From the NCBI RefSeq assembly GCF_963853765.1, contig NC_088859.1:49476001-49540000 (forward strand): a DNA stretch of 64,000 nt, given 5' to 3'. Each line of letters opens with the position of its first letter. Position 1 is the stretch's first letter. Below, piece after piece: positions 27,252-53,286 of this stretch. Source of the DNA: Magallana gigas (Eukaryota). The notes beneath the pieces were generated by a model. It saw only the letters and a program-made list of their open reading frames with translations, was not told where the DNA came from and searched no databases. A program made the translations under genes and the position numbers.

Positions 27252-27479
27252 TACTGTAAAAGCAGAAATATTCGTTGATGACTTAACTTTGTCTTTTTCG
27301 TTGGCGGTATTTATCAACGAAATTGATCCATGAAAAATTTTTAACCCAAGTATTCATAAATAGAGTTGATACATAATACACGTTAGATATTACGATATGA
27401 CAAAATTAAATCCCAACGCAATTGTATTTGGTTTTAAAAACGAAATTTTAACCCAGCGAATATATGTGCATCTACAGTA
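27252..27479. mobile_element. TA-flanked MITE
   Basis: Termini TACTGTA and TACAGTA; internal inverted TTCGTTG and CAACGAA motifs. Confidence 0.6.
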
Positions 27480-29070
27480 TAAACAATATTATATAACTAA
27501 AATTCAAAAATGAAAATTTTATCAATGTTTTTGTTTATTAATTGTTCAAATTATACAGGAGTTAATCTCGTTACACATATTTGAACATTACTGCATCACA
27601 AGTTAACATTGAATTCTTTGTTGCTTATTTCAAAGTAAAATTTATAAATGGGATTCAAAAAAGGTCTGAATGAAGCAATCTTTTTAAAACAGTTAAGCAT
27701 TGGTCCCCCTTCTTTTTGACTTTTGACTTTGTTACAGTGATAAATCATCTACAAGATGTTTTAAAGGGACTAAGACATGATTTGAGATCAAAATTTTTAT
27801 TTTTTTTAGTAGTAAATGATTAACTGGTGCATTTTGAATGATTGAACAAGATGTTAAATGTTAAAGGTAAGAGAGATGATAAAGGTGAAAGAAATCATTA
27901 TTAAATAAACAAAGCTCAAGTCTTATGGTTGTTTACAAATAATGTAATGTAGAAAATTTTAAGCTCAAATCGTGTTTAGGTCTCTTTAAAAATCTTCATT
28001 TCAAAATCAATCATGAATTTTGTTATAATTTATTGAAACCCCCAGTAGAAGCTCTCGAATGGTGTTTATAACAAAAATGGTTACAAATGGGAAGAGCTAA
28101 AAACTTCAAAGGACAAACACTGTCATATTAAAACTTTAACTGTCATCTAACACTTAATTTATTATTAAGAATAATCATAGGCCTAATACTGACCTGTGAT
28201 AAAATTTTGAAAGTTATCCAAAATATTTGGAGAAAAATTGAACATGCATAGACAATGCTCATTCTTACTGTTAAATGTGTGGGAATATAAAGCATTATTG
28301 CATTTCTTTGTAAAAAACAGATTTTTTGTTTGTTTTAGATTTAGACAAATGTAGATATTTTGAGAACTTCTGTTGCTTTATTCCAAGTTTTTAATCATTC
28401 TATAGCATATGATAGTCTGCTGAAAAAATAGCATTTCAGAGTTATCCCCCTTAATACTCCATTCAGTATGTATACAGATCCTTCAGTCTAACTACATGGT
28501 AATTAATTTAAACAATCAAACTTTATGATTGATTTATGGCAGTTTAGTTGTTAAATCTTCCTTGCTGGTGAGCTAAAACAATCATGTTCAAATTAGAATA
28601 TCAATCATTAAAATATTTTCATTGGAATATATATTGCCTTATATCTCTAAATAATTTACAATTTTAGTAAAATGGCAGGGAGATAATTTGGATAAGGAGT
28701 TAATGGCAATCTGACATTGTCTGTGAGACAGAAATGAGTGCAAAACGCTAGTCTGAGATGAGAACACTGCAATTTGTCCCTGTGATATTAAAAATCTGGC
28801 CATCAAATGAAAAGCAGGGCAAATACTAGCTAGTTTCTCTAGAGGAGATAACAGATATAGCATTCTCATAGCTTTCTACACATCTCTTCCTCTTTTTCTT
28901 GTAAAGTACCTTATCGTGGGATGCAAGGAAGTTTTCTGTGATCAGGGAGATATATATACTAAGTATATACATCCCTGCTGTGATTGAAATGTATTTACAA
29001 TGCATAACAAGATTAAGATCGATCAAGGTCTTCTAAGCTTATGGTCTGGGTCTGGTTTTTGAAGACCTTT

Positions 29071-29666
29071 TTAAAGATTTTGCATCCCCAGCTTTACTGC
29101 TGTATTATCTACCATTGAAGGCGTCTGCCCAATCATGTCAAAGACACTGCTGATAGTTTGATCATCATTATCACCATTCAGGCAACTTTCTGTTGAACCA
29201 TTGCTAACCTGTGGATGCTGCTCCCAGATGATGCCTTTCCTTAACGAAGGGACAGACTATTATAATTGTGTTTAGTAGTAGAGGTATTTAGACTCACATG
29301 TACAATGGTAGATGTTATGTGTTAGAACTTAGAAGGGCTGAATTTGCTTCCTTTGAGATGGAGCATTTCAAAATACTTGTAAAAGTCAACCACCTCAAGG
29401 CTGTGTCAGCACTGACTGTTGGAACAGTGTTCTATATACATGTACAAATGTACTTCGTATTATAGGTTACATGTAAAACATGGCTTGTCTTGGGATGGAA
29501 CACCATCAGCCAGTTCCCTTCTCACAGTTGTTGCCCAGGGCAATCTCATGTCTTCTTAAAGTTTTATGACATGTTCCCTCTTCCTGACATCATTATATAT
29601 AGAGGGCACCATCACCTGCAAACAATCTCTTTTTTGGTCCTTCTGAGGCACAATCTTGTTGGTCAT
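29071..29666 (-). CDS. Hypothetical 85-aa spliced small ORF (may be non-coding)
   Basis: Exons 29666-29616, 29431-29394 and 29239-29071 join in consistent phase with GT-AG introns. Splice sites are only moderate and I recognise no homologue. Confidence 0.25.
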
Positions 29667-30090
29667 TTATGAATATTATGATAAATATCAATCAGGCAAA
29701 AGTACATCATTAGAAGACGCTCTTGTCCAGACTAGACTGTAGATGGGGATACATGTATTACTAAAACTTGTGAGATCAACCTACATCTACAATGTATGAC
29801 AACAAGTTCTGACACAAAAATGAGCTAACATAGTGTAAGCTATAGTTTAAGAACTGTAAACTACAGTTCAACAATTCAACAAGAATAGTTTTCATCAGTG
29901 TGCAGTAAAACCATATTTAACGATAACGTCGATTGTGAACATTACTCTATGAATGCCAATCTAATTGTATCGTGTATCTGTGTGCAATTAAACGATAACA
30001 ATAGATTTTGCTGATAATTATTGATTCGCATCTTTAAACTATAATTCATATTTGTTTAAAGTTTTTTGTAATCCAAAAAGTATCGCATAG

Positions 30091-31216
30091 CCCCCTAACT
30101 CCGTCACTACCCTAACTCCGTCACTTTCGGGAAACTCCTCGCCGTTTGAAATCAAGTACGGTTATAACGTCATTTTTTACATGTCAAAAATCTTTAATCA
30201 AATGTCAACAATTTGCAACGGTTAAATTTAAGAATGTGTCAAAAAATAACAGAATTAAACCTTGTTCATTTTATGCACCATTAATTGTGTGAAATCAGCT
30301 AAAAAATTTTCACGGGTGCACTTAAAAATCTATATTTCTGACATGCGGGCCCATTCAACCATTTACGGTGGTCAGCCATTTTTAGAGAGGTCAAGATAAA
30401 ACATTTCACATGCAATACATTTTTTATTAAGGTAATTAATACATTTTTTTCAGTCCGCAATAGCCTTTATGCACTACTCTTGATGATAACGTCAAATGGC
30501 TCATGCCGATACTTTTGCCTTATACAGGGTATATAGATATCTCCGGTATATCGCTATTTAGAATATGCTACATTTCTAAAAATGTAATAAATAAATAATA
30601 TAATAAGTAATATATTAATTAATGATATAAAATATTTGAAATATGTAAGGACATAAATCAAACGGCATCCATACATTCTGAAAAGGCCATTGTGATTGTT
30701 GTTACATGGACCCATTTTTTATTCTGGCGATCATTTCATTTCGATGAAATTAAATACAATTTAAATTGTATGCACCATTTTTACTTATTATAACTTGGCC
30801 TAGATACAAATGGAGTTTTAACAAAATTGTTAATGTGTCTTCATTCCGAATGAAGACACATTAACAATTTTGTTAAAACTCCATTTGTATCTAGGCCAAG
30901 TTATAATAAGTAAAAATTCCGAATGAAGACACATTAACAATTTTGTTAAAACTCCATTTGTATCTATATTTCCCTGCCATATCATAGAGCATGTGGGTGA
31001 CGGAGTTAGGTTCATAGATATAATAAGCACGCGTGATAAACGTCGTATTCAGAGAGCTATTTGAATAAAAATAAAAATATTTTTGTTAATAATTTTATAA
31101 ATTATATTGTTTCAGATTATATTTAGTGATTGCAAATGATAAAAACCACAAAAAATAATTTACAGAGAAACGCGGAAGGTTTTCTGCTTATGGTGACGGA
31201 GTTTGGGTATTCGGGG
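30091..31216. mobile_element. ~1.1-kb non-autonomous DNA element with repeated subterminal inverted motifs
   Basis: CTAACTCCGTCAC at 30095 and 30112; inverse GTGACGGAGTT at 30997 and 31193. Confidence 0.6.
30777..30966. repeat. Perfect 141-bp palindrome plus a direct duplication of ~50 bp
   Basis: 70-bp arms 30777-30846 and 30848-30917; 30916-30966 approximately repeats 30843-30893. Confidence 0.95.
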
Positions 31217-31419
31217 ATATAATTGGCTGGATCTTAAATTACAGATCAGTTCAAATGGAAATTCGATACAGATTTGCTACGTTCTCTATTTCTTAAGTAC
31301 TTAGTACATTGTGGATATATTGGTGCATAAAGTGATCAATAAAAATGAATTTACTTTGTTTATAATTCTTGGACACCAGAAGACATCAACTTTCACTTTC
31401 AATCAGTCGGGCTCGGGAA

Positions 31420-31503
31420 TCGACTTACCGGAAGTATGTAAACCCCGGTGCACGTTGTTCTTCCTTTTTCTGTCCCACTCCATTGGCATCGCACGCATTT
31501 TGT
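31420..31503 (+). promoter_or_regulatory. RPSA core promoter and non-coding exon 1 with a 5' TOP-like pyrimidine tract
   Basis: ETS/GABP-type ACCGGAAGT at 31427-31435, TTCTTCCTTTTTCTGTCCC tract, donor GTAAG at 31502. Confidence 0.75.
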
Positions 31504-31904
31504 AAGACATGCTGCTTTTCGCGTTTTATGAAAGAACATTACAATAAGTCATAGCAAAACATGATTCTAAGTAGAATTCACTGTTTATGAGCAGAAATGA
31601 AACACAGTTATTCAAACATATACGTAAATGATTGCTGTTTTTTTTTTGTTCAAAAGAAAATGCAATAATGCACCCCCCCCTTTAACAATTGCCATACAAT
31701 ACTGGTTAACATGTGTCAGTATGAATAATTTTAATTAAACGGACATAGAAAATATATAGATATATAGAGTTTAACATAAAGGCGTGATTTTTTTCAAAGG
31801 TTAAAGTTACAGTGTAAGAGATTTCATTTTAATTAATTTGTAATGATTATTTTGGGGTTTTTTTTAATATCAGAGTGATCGCCGTAACTCAGATCATTGC
31901 TAAG

Positions 31905-34369
<2,465 letters not shown>

Positions 34370-34423
34370 ATTGTGAAACTGAATGACATTCAAACTCCAT
34401 GAAGATGTTTTTCATCTGTTCAA

Positions 34424-34429
34424 AATAAA
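34424..34429 (+). other. RPSA polyadenylation signal
   Basis: AATAAA about 55 nt after the stop codon. Confidence 0.75.
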
Positions 34430-34649
34430 AACTGGAAAAATTCAATCATTTATTTTTTTTGGTCAGATTATGAAAAATTTGATGATCGCAAGGAAAGTTT
34501 TCATACTTGATACATGTATCTTGTATTATTGCACTAATATAAACCTTAAATTTTAATCTTACTAGTTACTTCAACATGGGCAGAAAAACCAGTTTGGCAG
34601 ATACATGTATGTAGTATGAATGATGATTTATTATTTTACATGACTTGGT

Positions 34650-35405
34650 TTTGCCCATCTTCAAAGAAGGGAGGGCATATTGCTTTGCTTCTGTTCATCT
34701 CTCTGTCGGTTGGTCCCGAACAGTTTCAATTCATTTTCTTTGGAGAGGTTGCACATACTGAAATAGATTTATCACAGTAATATCTATAGGCCAAGTTTGA
34801 TTTTAGGTACATTGAGCAATTGTTGACAGAGCTATGCCCATTGGACTTAGAAACATTCCTATTATTTACAGTTTCCGTGTATTTTCGCCGCAGAGGTTAC
34901 ATATACTGGAAAGAATTTGGTATACAGATTTATCATAAAGATATATGTATTTAGGTCTAGTTCGATTTTTTGGTAAGATCAAGCAATTGTTGGTAGAGCT
35001 ATGCCCCTTGGACTTAGAAAAATTACAATTATTTGCAGTTACCGTTCATTTTCTTTGCAGAAGTCTCCAAAGGAGGGTGCATATGTGTTTCACACCTCTT
35101 GTAATCTTTAGTGAGCTTTTGTCTGGCATCCATCAGACTGTCCGTTCGTCTGCAAAATTTTCACATTTTTGACTTCTTCAGAAAAACTGGGCTAATACTA
35201 ATAAAACTTGGCACAAATCATCCCTAAGTAAGGGTATTCAAGTTTTCTAAAACCCTTTTTTTCAAGTGAAGGTAATTAAGAATGATTGAAAATTTGATGG
35301 CATTTTATCAATAAAAAAATTGGTCAGTAAAACTGAAACTTGTGTCAAAGCATCCTCAGAAGTTTTTAAATCATGATCCCCGCGGTTAGAGTGGGATCAC
35401 AAAAA
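34650..35405. mobile_element. Decayed bivalve interspersed repeat fragments (HINE/Cg170-satellite-like, tentative)
   Basis: CTGTCCGTTCGTCTG, AAACTTGGCACAAA and AAATCATGATCCCCG..GGGATCACAA motifs resemble oyster repeats as I remember them; related fragments near 36270-36720 and 45990-46110. Confidence 0.4.
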
Positions 35406-37074
35406 AATAGATTTGAGGGGACCAGAACGATACCCATATGTACTAGTACAACGTCTTTATGTACAGTCTATCAAGGCCGATAATTTTTAATTTCTCCTTG
35501 TTAGGCTGTACAGAAAAAGGTTGATTACTTGGGTCTGAAATTGCTTTTTTTAATTTTTTTTTTTAAATTTTAAAGCTTGTGTCATTAAATTTCAACTTGC
35601 CTATTAATATGCTTAATGAATAAACTTTTTTAAATGAGAAACACGAATTTTGCATTGATATTTTTATACAGATCTGGCATGTTGCGCGTCAAATGATGTA
35701 TCCCATCCGTTTATGTGATATATATATCGTATAATAAAATATTGTTTAAATTAAATTAAATGATGTATAACATCTGTAGCACATGTGCAAAAGTATTTTG
35801 GCAGGAACCAAATGAGATATAGAGGCACACTATGGCTGAAGCAGTATCTTTTATTGATTTGTCTTATAAAAACAGACGTGGGAATAAGGCGTGTAAAATG
35901 CCTACATTAGGACGTATAAAATACCTGAAAACCAAAAAATATCAACAAATCTAATTATTCTTAGTTAGAGAGGAATCTTTCTGGCATACAATGTATATTT
36001 AACATAGCATCGATTTGTAACTCTTATATGGGCTCAATTCTTGAGATATTGATTTTAACCGGTGTACATGCATACCAAAATCTTCAAAAAAGATCACATT
36101 TTCGAACTTCATTTTATATTTTAGAGTGGGTCTGTGTTCCATCTATTTGTCACAGTCCAATGGAAAAAAACAAATCAGTAATTTATTGTAGAAAAATTAA
36201 TGATATGTTACAAATTATGAATAATTGATGGATCAGAAAACTTACGGAATATCTTTCAAATCAATAACGGTATGTCCCATGGGCCACATTGCCCACCACA
36301 GATTCAAGTCTTTGTTAAGATGATTTTCACTGTCAAACAAAATGTTGGGGAACAATTTGGACGGCTTTTATAAAAAAAAAAAAAAAAAAAAAAGAAAGAA
36401 AAAAAAGTTCATTATGAATAAGAAAATTGGATTTATATAGGTCTAGAAATCTCATGTATCAAAATAATCAGGCTAAGACATGACAAGCACCATGCAGAAC
36501 CTTATCTTCTGTGAAACTTGTCACATATGTATAAGAACAAGAAAATACAAAGTTTGAGAATTGAATCTTCAGATCATTAGTGAACTGGAAGCGTAGGACA
36601 TGACCAAGGGCCTTCATCTTAGTTCAACCATTAAACTTCAAATAAAATATAAGGAGCAAAATAAAAATTAATTTGGTTGAAAAGGGATCTCTATAAAGTT
36701 TTCGCTTTGGCCGGAACACGCATGACAGAATGGCTATATGCTTGATTGCTTTTCTTGTAAGTAACATCATCAAATGATATATTTTAACAAATTATTAATT
36801 TGATATAAAATATTGAAGATTTTTTATAAAAACTTGTTATATCAAATTGATAATAATTTGATATTATACATCAAAGATAATAATTAATTTGTTATAATTA
36901 ACAAATTACTAATATATATGTTATGAATTTGCTTTTGTCCAAAGGTATTCCACGATATACATACCTGTATTGTTTCATCTACCCTGGGATGAACATACAC
37001 TTTCACATGCACAATGAACAATAACACAGATATTTGATTATGATCTGATTTTATGAAATATGATTTATTTCTTA

Positions 37075-37140
37075 GTTTTCCGGAAAAATACGTAGGCAAT
37101 ATTTTAAACTTCCGGTATTTTAGTGACGCCATTTTATTTT
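37075..37140 (+). promoter_or_regulatory. U2AF2 proximal promoter
   Basis: ETS-like CTTCCGGT and YY1-like CGCCATTTT directly upstream of the ATG. Confidence 0.55.
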
Positions 37141-37156
37141 TGTAGAAGAAAGAAAA

Positions 37157-43089
<5,933 letters not shown>

Positions 43090-43255
43090 TTACAAACATG
43101 CCATGGGAATTGAACACAACAAGAGACCAACATGTCGACACACACTTCAACAAACATCATGAATTGACTCATTTTTATTTCAATCATTACTTTTTTATCA
43201 ACCTCAGAATAATTTTGCTTCACAATAGAGATTGTGTTGTGTGGTAGAATTTGGA

Positions 43256-43261
43256 AATAAA
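43256..43261 (+). other. Candidate U2AF2 polyadenylation signal
   Basis: AATAAA about 170 nt after the stop codon. Confidence 0.5.
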
Positions 43262-45240
43262 TTGTTTATCTGTATATCTTGTCTGGTGATTGTTAATTTA
43301 TATTTGTAAACGTGTTTTATTAGAACAGATTATTTACAGCGAGTTTTATGATTTACTATTAACATACAAAGTGTACCAGGTAGATTAAAATGGGAAAAAT
43401 CAGAAAAGTAGCCAGGTATGAATAATATTTACTGATGTCTTCATACAAATTAAAATACACTGGACTTGAACTTTGTTCCACTAATGAGGATTGATCCTAT
43501 AATATAATACTTGTAAATAGTTAAACCATTCACAGAAGACCATCAGTTCAGCATAGTGAAATTATCAGTTTACCTGGCCAGATCTTCAGCATTTAAAACA
43601 AGCAGGTAAAATGAAGCATGACTTCATACTATATCAATGCTTGTTTATTTATTTGAATCTTAAAACCATTAGATTGGCCACAGTAAGATAGATGACTTAG
43701 AAATAACTGGATATATCCCCCTATTTTTAGAATTGGTAAAAGAAAGTAGTATATGCATATTTTGAGATATTTTAAATCAGAATGCTTGACACATATCAGA
43801 AAAGAGGATTTGCAATTTTTAAAGCAGTTACCAACATTGAATTACATGTATCATTTAAATGAAAGAATTGAAATTGTTTGTAAACCCTTTCAAAAACTGT
43901 GAACTTCCCTACTTTTTCTTTCATTTTTAGAATTTTTCAATAAACATATTTTGCCAGAAAACGAATCTTGACTTCACACCATGAAATTTTAACGAGAGAC
44001 ACAATTTGATGAGCTTTCATTCAATGGGTTCCTCATTGCTGAACGAAAATTAGAGCTGAAGCTATTTATCCTAATATTAACATTACCACCTATGGAAATT
44101 TATTCAATTAATGGACTATACCCAACTATGTTCTACAGGTAGTTAGCTTAATTAAACATGAATAATTTACAGGGCCATGGTGCACATTATTGAGACGTGC
44201 GTATGTGTTTTGCACTTTATGCATTAATTAATCAGTGGACTTGGGCTTTAATAATGGACATGGGGCTTTAACAACCTGATGCTTATTTTTAAAATGCTTG
44301 CAAAATTTCAAATTGAAAGCCAAGCTTAGCATTGTAGGCAACTAGCTCTTGTGGTAAACAATGAAAATGTTCATTTAAAGGTAATACCATGAAGTAATGA
44401 TGTTATATCTGAAAGAAAAATGCACTCCGATTCTCTGCAATTATTGAACAAAGAACAAATATATTTTGTTTAAATCATGTTTATCATTAATTCTACTACA
44501 GTTATTGCCAAGATCAAAGAGATGCCGCTAACATTATTCTCCAATATACCACGCGTCGGCTTTTATATTTCTAAACAACATTTCTCTCGGAGGTTATTCC
44601 TGCAACATTCACGAAAACTCGTTCTTTATTTCTTAAATAAATTTAATACAGCATTGTGTATAAAAAAATGATATCATGCAACAATATCACACACAAGTAG
44701 CAGTTTGCAATATCATTATGGCAATGCTTTAACATATGTCAAACAAAAATAAGTATTAAAATGAAGGTCAAAATTAAAACTTGATTCATACAAACAGTGC
44801 AAGAGAGCAAATAAGATACATGTACAAGTACCTGAATGTCTCAAAATAAAAAAATTAAATAATATTAAGAAGCCTAGGATCTTATTAAGTTAAGCTTACC
44901 ATTATTTGAATCACAATTAACCTATTGGAAATATTTTGTAAAAGCAAATAATCAGTTATCAGTGTGATAGTTCATTTGCAACATAAAATTCCTGCTTTTG
45001 GAATGTATCTAAAGATTTATGAACAAGAACTTTTTTCAGAAGTTTGTACAAAGATAACTTTCATTAGAATGTAAGTACATGACTGGCTTGGGATATGTTT
45101 TTATGTAGTTTTGTTTTGAGTGTGCACTGTAGTAAGCAAGATATCAGGTCATCACTGCAAAAGCATCCAAAAAAGATGTCTTGAGAGAAGTGATTGGTTA
45201 CAGCCATCTGATTAATTAAGTGGATATAAGGAAACTGGTG

Positions 45241-50366
<5,126 letters not shown>

Positions 50367-50951
50367 GATGATGGTGACAGTGGCTTTATTTGTTATAGTT
50401 AATTATCTCCTCTCAGATCACTGCTATTGGACTGTATCATATAACCAGGATAATTCTAAAAACCATTTGGTGATTGTCTTGTAAACCAGTTGTTTTAAAA
50501 TATGCAGTCGAGCGACATTTTATATTTGTACAAAATCCATGTTTACCCTGTCCACAAGGACTTTACTAATAACCCAACAATGAAATGTTATCCTTAATGC
50601 TTGGTTGCTGGTGATGAGCGGGTATATAGATATATGACATCATTCTTTGTATGATATAAAAAGATAAATTAATCTCTTAAAAAATAAAAATAAAAAAATT
50701 ATTCTTTTCTTTTTAAATTACACGTATATATATTTGTATCGCCCCCTGGGCAATTTGTACCCGAGAACATACGTCCTCAGTGTACCCAAAAAGCAGGTGC
50801 GGGTATCATATAATGGACAGCATTTTGGGTACCAGTAGCCATCAAGCTTTTTCTATTGAATTTTTAAGATAAGATAAATAATGTTCTAAAATAGCTTATT
50901 CATCCATTTCAACAGAGACATAAATAACATATTATATAGCATTATAGCATA

Positions 50952-51190
50952 CAGGCACGTGGCATCGGGAGGGGGGGGGGGGTGCAGACGGGACCTGCCC
51001 CCCCCCCCCCCCCCCCATTTTTTCTCACAGCAACAATTTTTTTTAAATTTACATATAAAAATTTTAATTATCATGGAGTTGCCCCCCCCCCCCTCCCACT
51101 TTTTTGGAAGCATATAAAAAATTTATATGAAAATAAGGAAATTAAGATTGAAATTGAAGTTATTCACTACGCCAGCCGCCCAAAATTTCA
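50952..51190. mobile_element. Truncated copy of the CAGGCACG poly-G/poly-C MITE family
   Basis: Starts CAGGCACGTGGCATC, shares internal AAAATAAGGAAA..TGAAATTGAAGT with 52170-52482; lacks the right TIR. Confidence 0.6.
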
Positions 51191-52169
51191 TATAATTATC
51201 ATTCTATGCTCGGCCTTATCGTAGCTTATTATATTCCACGCTACTATACATTTACATAAACATTATAGATGAAGGTATATATATTGATTGGCCTTTTTGG
51301 CCATGCTCGGCATGCTGTGTGCCTTGGTCTACATACAGAATTTCAACACGTCTTCAAAGTTTGAATGGCAATGATATGAATAATTCACACTTCTAGCCAG
51401 AATACACATAATGAATAACGTTACATCGACACAAATTAATAATTAATGTTATTATTTATCTCCATGTACCCTTGATTGAATCCAGATAAATGTGAAATAT
51501 GGAAGAAATTTACAGGTGGGGTAAAATTAAATAAAATATTATATACACTGTACTGTTAATCATCAAATTTACAGCATAGCCAGATTACATGTCGAACAAA
51601 CAAGTACTATATATAAATAAATAAATCACTTACTTATATAAGTAATATCAATGGTAAATGTGAGAAAAAAAATAATTTATAAAAGCATTTTTCCTCTCCT
51701 ATTTTTACATTCTATCAAGGAAGAGAAAGATCGTCTTTGTCACTGGATTGATGTTAACAGTTAAGGAACTAAATACTACTGTAAACGTACTACATGTACA
51801 AGAAATGTTGTACTTATATTAGGCATATATGAGAGTTTTGTTCCGTCCTCCGCCAAATGCTTTATTGTCATGTTATGTTAGCCTATTTTCAAACTTTGAC
51901 AAAGAAGGAATTGGTTTTAGTAAAGTGGCAGTATGTATAATTACGATAATTAATGTACAAATGTGTTTATATTGATTAGTCTTGTAGTTTTAGCAAGCTA
52001 CATTTTTTATGGAATGCATAAAACAGTTACATGTATATTACAGTCGAGCAAGGTAGCGAAGCAACGTTTGTCTTAAATACAAGGCCAGTAGTACAGTAAA
52101 TACGGAAACTATTCACCTACATTGTATTCTCATATGTCAGCAGCATACTGTTGTGAATTAATTTTAATG

Positions 52170-52482
52170 CAGGCACGTAACATCAGGGGGGCCGGGGGGG
52201 GGGGCTTTTTTCTTAAATTGACATACAAAAAATTGAATTAACAAAGTGTTGGTCCCCCTCACTTTTCTGTGACCATGTACAAATTTGAACTGAAAATAAG
52301 GAAAACAGTGAAATTGAAGTGAAAAGTATACCTACCCATCCATTCACCCCCCCCCCCCCCCCCCCCCACGGATTAGGATTTTGGAGAGTAACCTTTTCTT
52401 TCTTTTCTCTTTTTTTTTTATTGCTTGTCAAGATTGTTTGGATGAGTCTGCCCCCCTTTCAAAAAACGATGCTACGTGCCTG
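52170..52482. mobile_element. 313-bp MITE with a TAATG direct repeat
   Basis: TIRs CAGGCACGTAACATC and GATGCTACGTGCCTG (14/15); TAATG on both flanks. Confidence 0.8.
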
Positions 52483-53286
52483 TAATGTTGCATGTGCAAT
52501 TTAGTTAGGTATAAGGAAAAATTTAGATGAAAAAATGAAATTACGTAACTTCATCAAAAGATAAGAAAAAAAATCTTCATTACGAGATAAATTATTTTCT
52601 ATATTGTAACATTTGTTTATCGTAGACAATACAGGCGCCTAGCGTTAAGATATATCTTTCAATGATAATATATATAGCAATGCCGGGCAGCTTCTAGGGT
52701 GGTTTTTCCAAGACCGGAAAGGCCCAAGAAGTTGCTATTGTATAATCAGGGACGTATATACTATATATATATACATCCCTGGTAAAATACAGTACAGGAA
52801 AATATCATATAATGACGGAAGCGTGTTAGAGCCACTTCATGTGGTAATTTTTTTCCCTTTTAAAATTCCAGGTAGAGAAATTTGTCAATTCAGATCTTCA
52901 AAGGCATAGAAGCTTTTTCGGTCAACATCTTTGCAACTATAGTCGACGTCTACCAAATAGAAGGATGTGGACAAACTTGAGCCTGAGATGGCGAAGTTAT
53001 CAACTGGGAGGGTGCCTGTCCGTTGATGCTATTGGACTCGATTTACTGGGGGTACGAATTGATTAGGACACGAATTAAACTGATACAATTTAATTTATGG
53101 AAAAAAATCCAAACAAAAACAATACAAATACACAATGGTGTCGTCATTGCTTTGTCCACATTATGATTATAAATTAAAATTATGCTGGGCTTAAAACCAT
53201 GTCAATGACTGTTGAATTATTCATAAACACACATATCATGTTTTTCGTCATCTGTTCTGGTAGTTAGTGAAATCTTGTGAAAAGCA

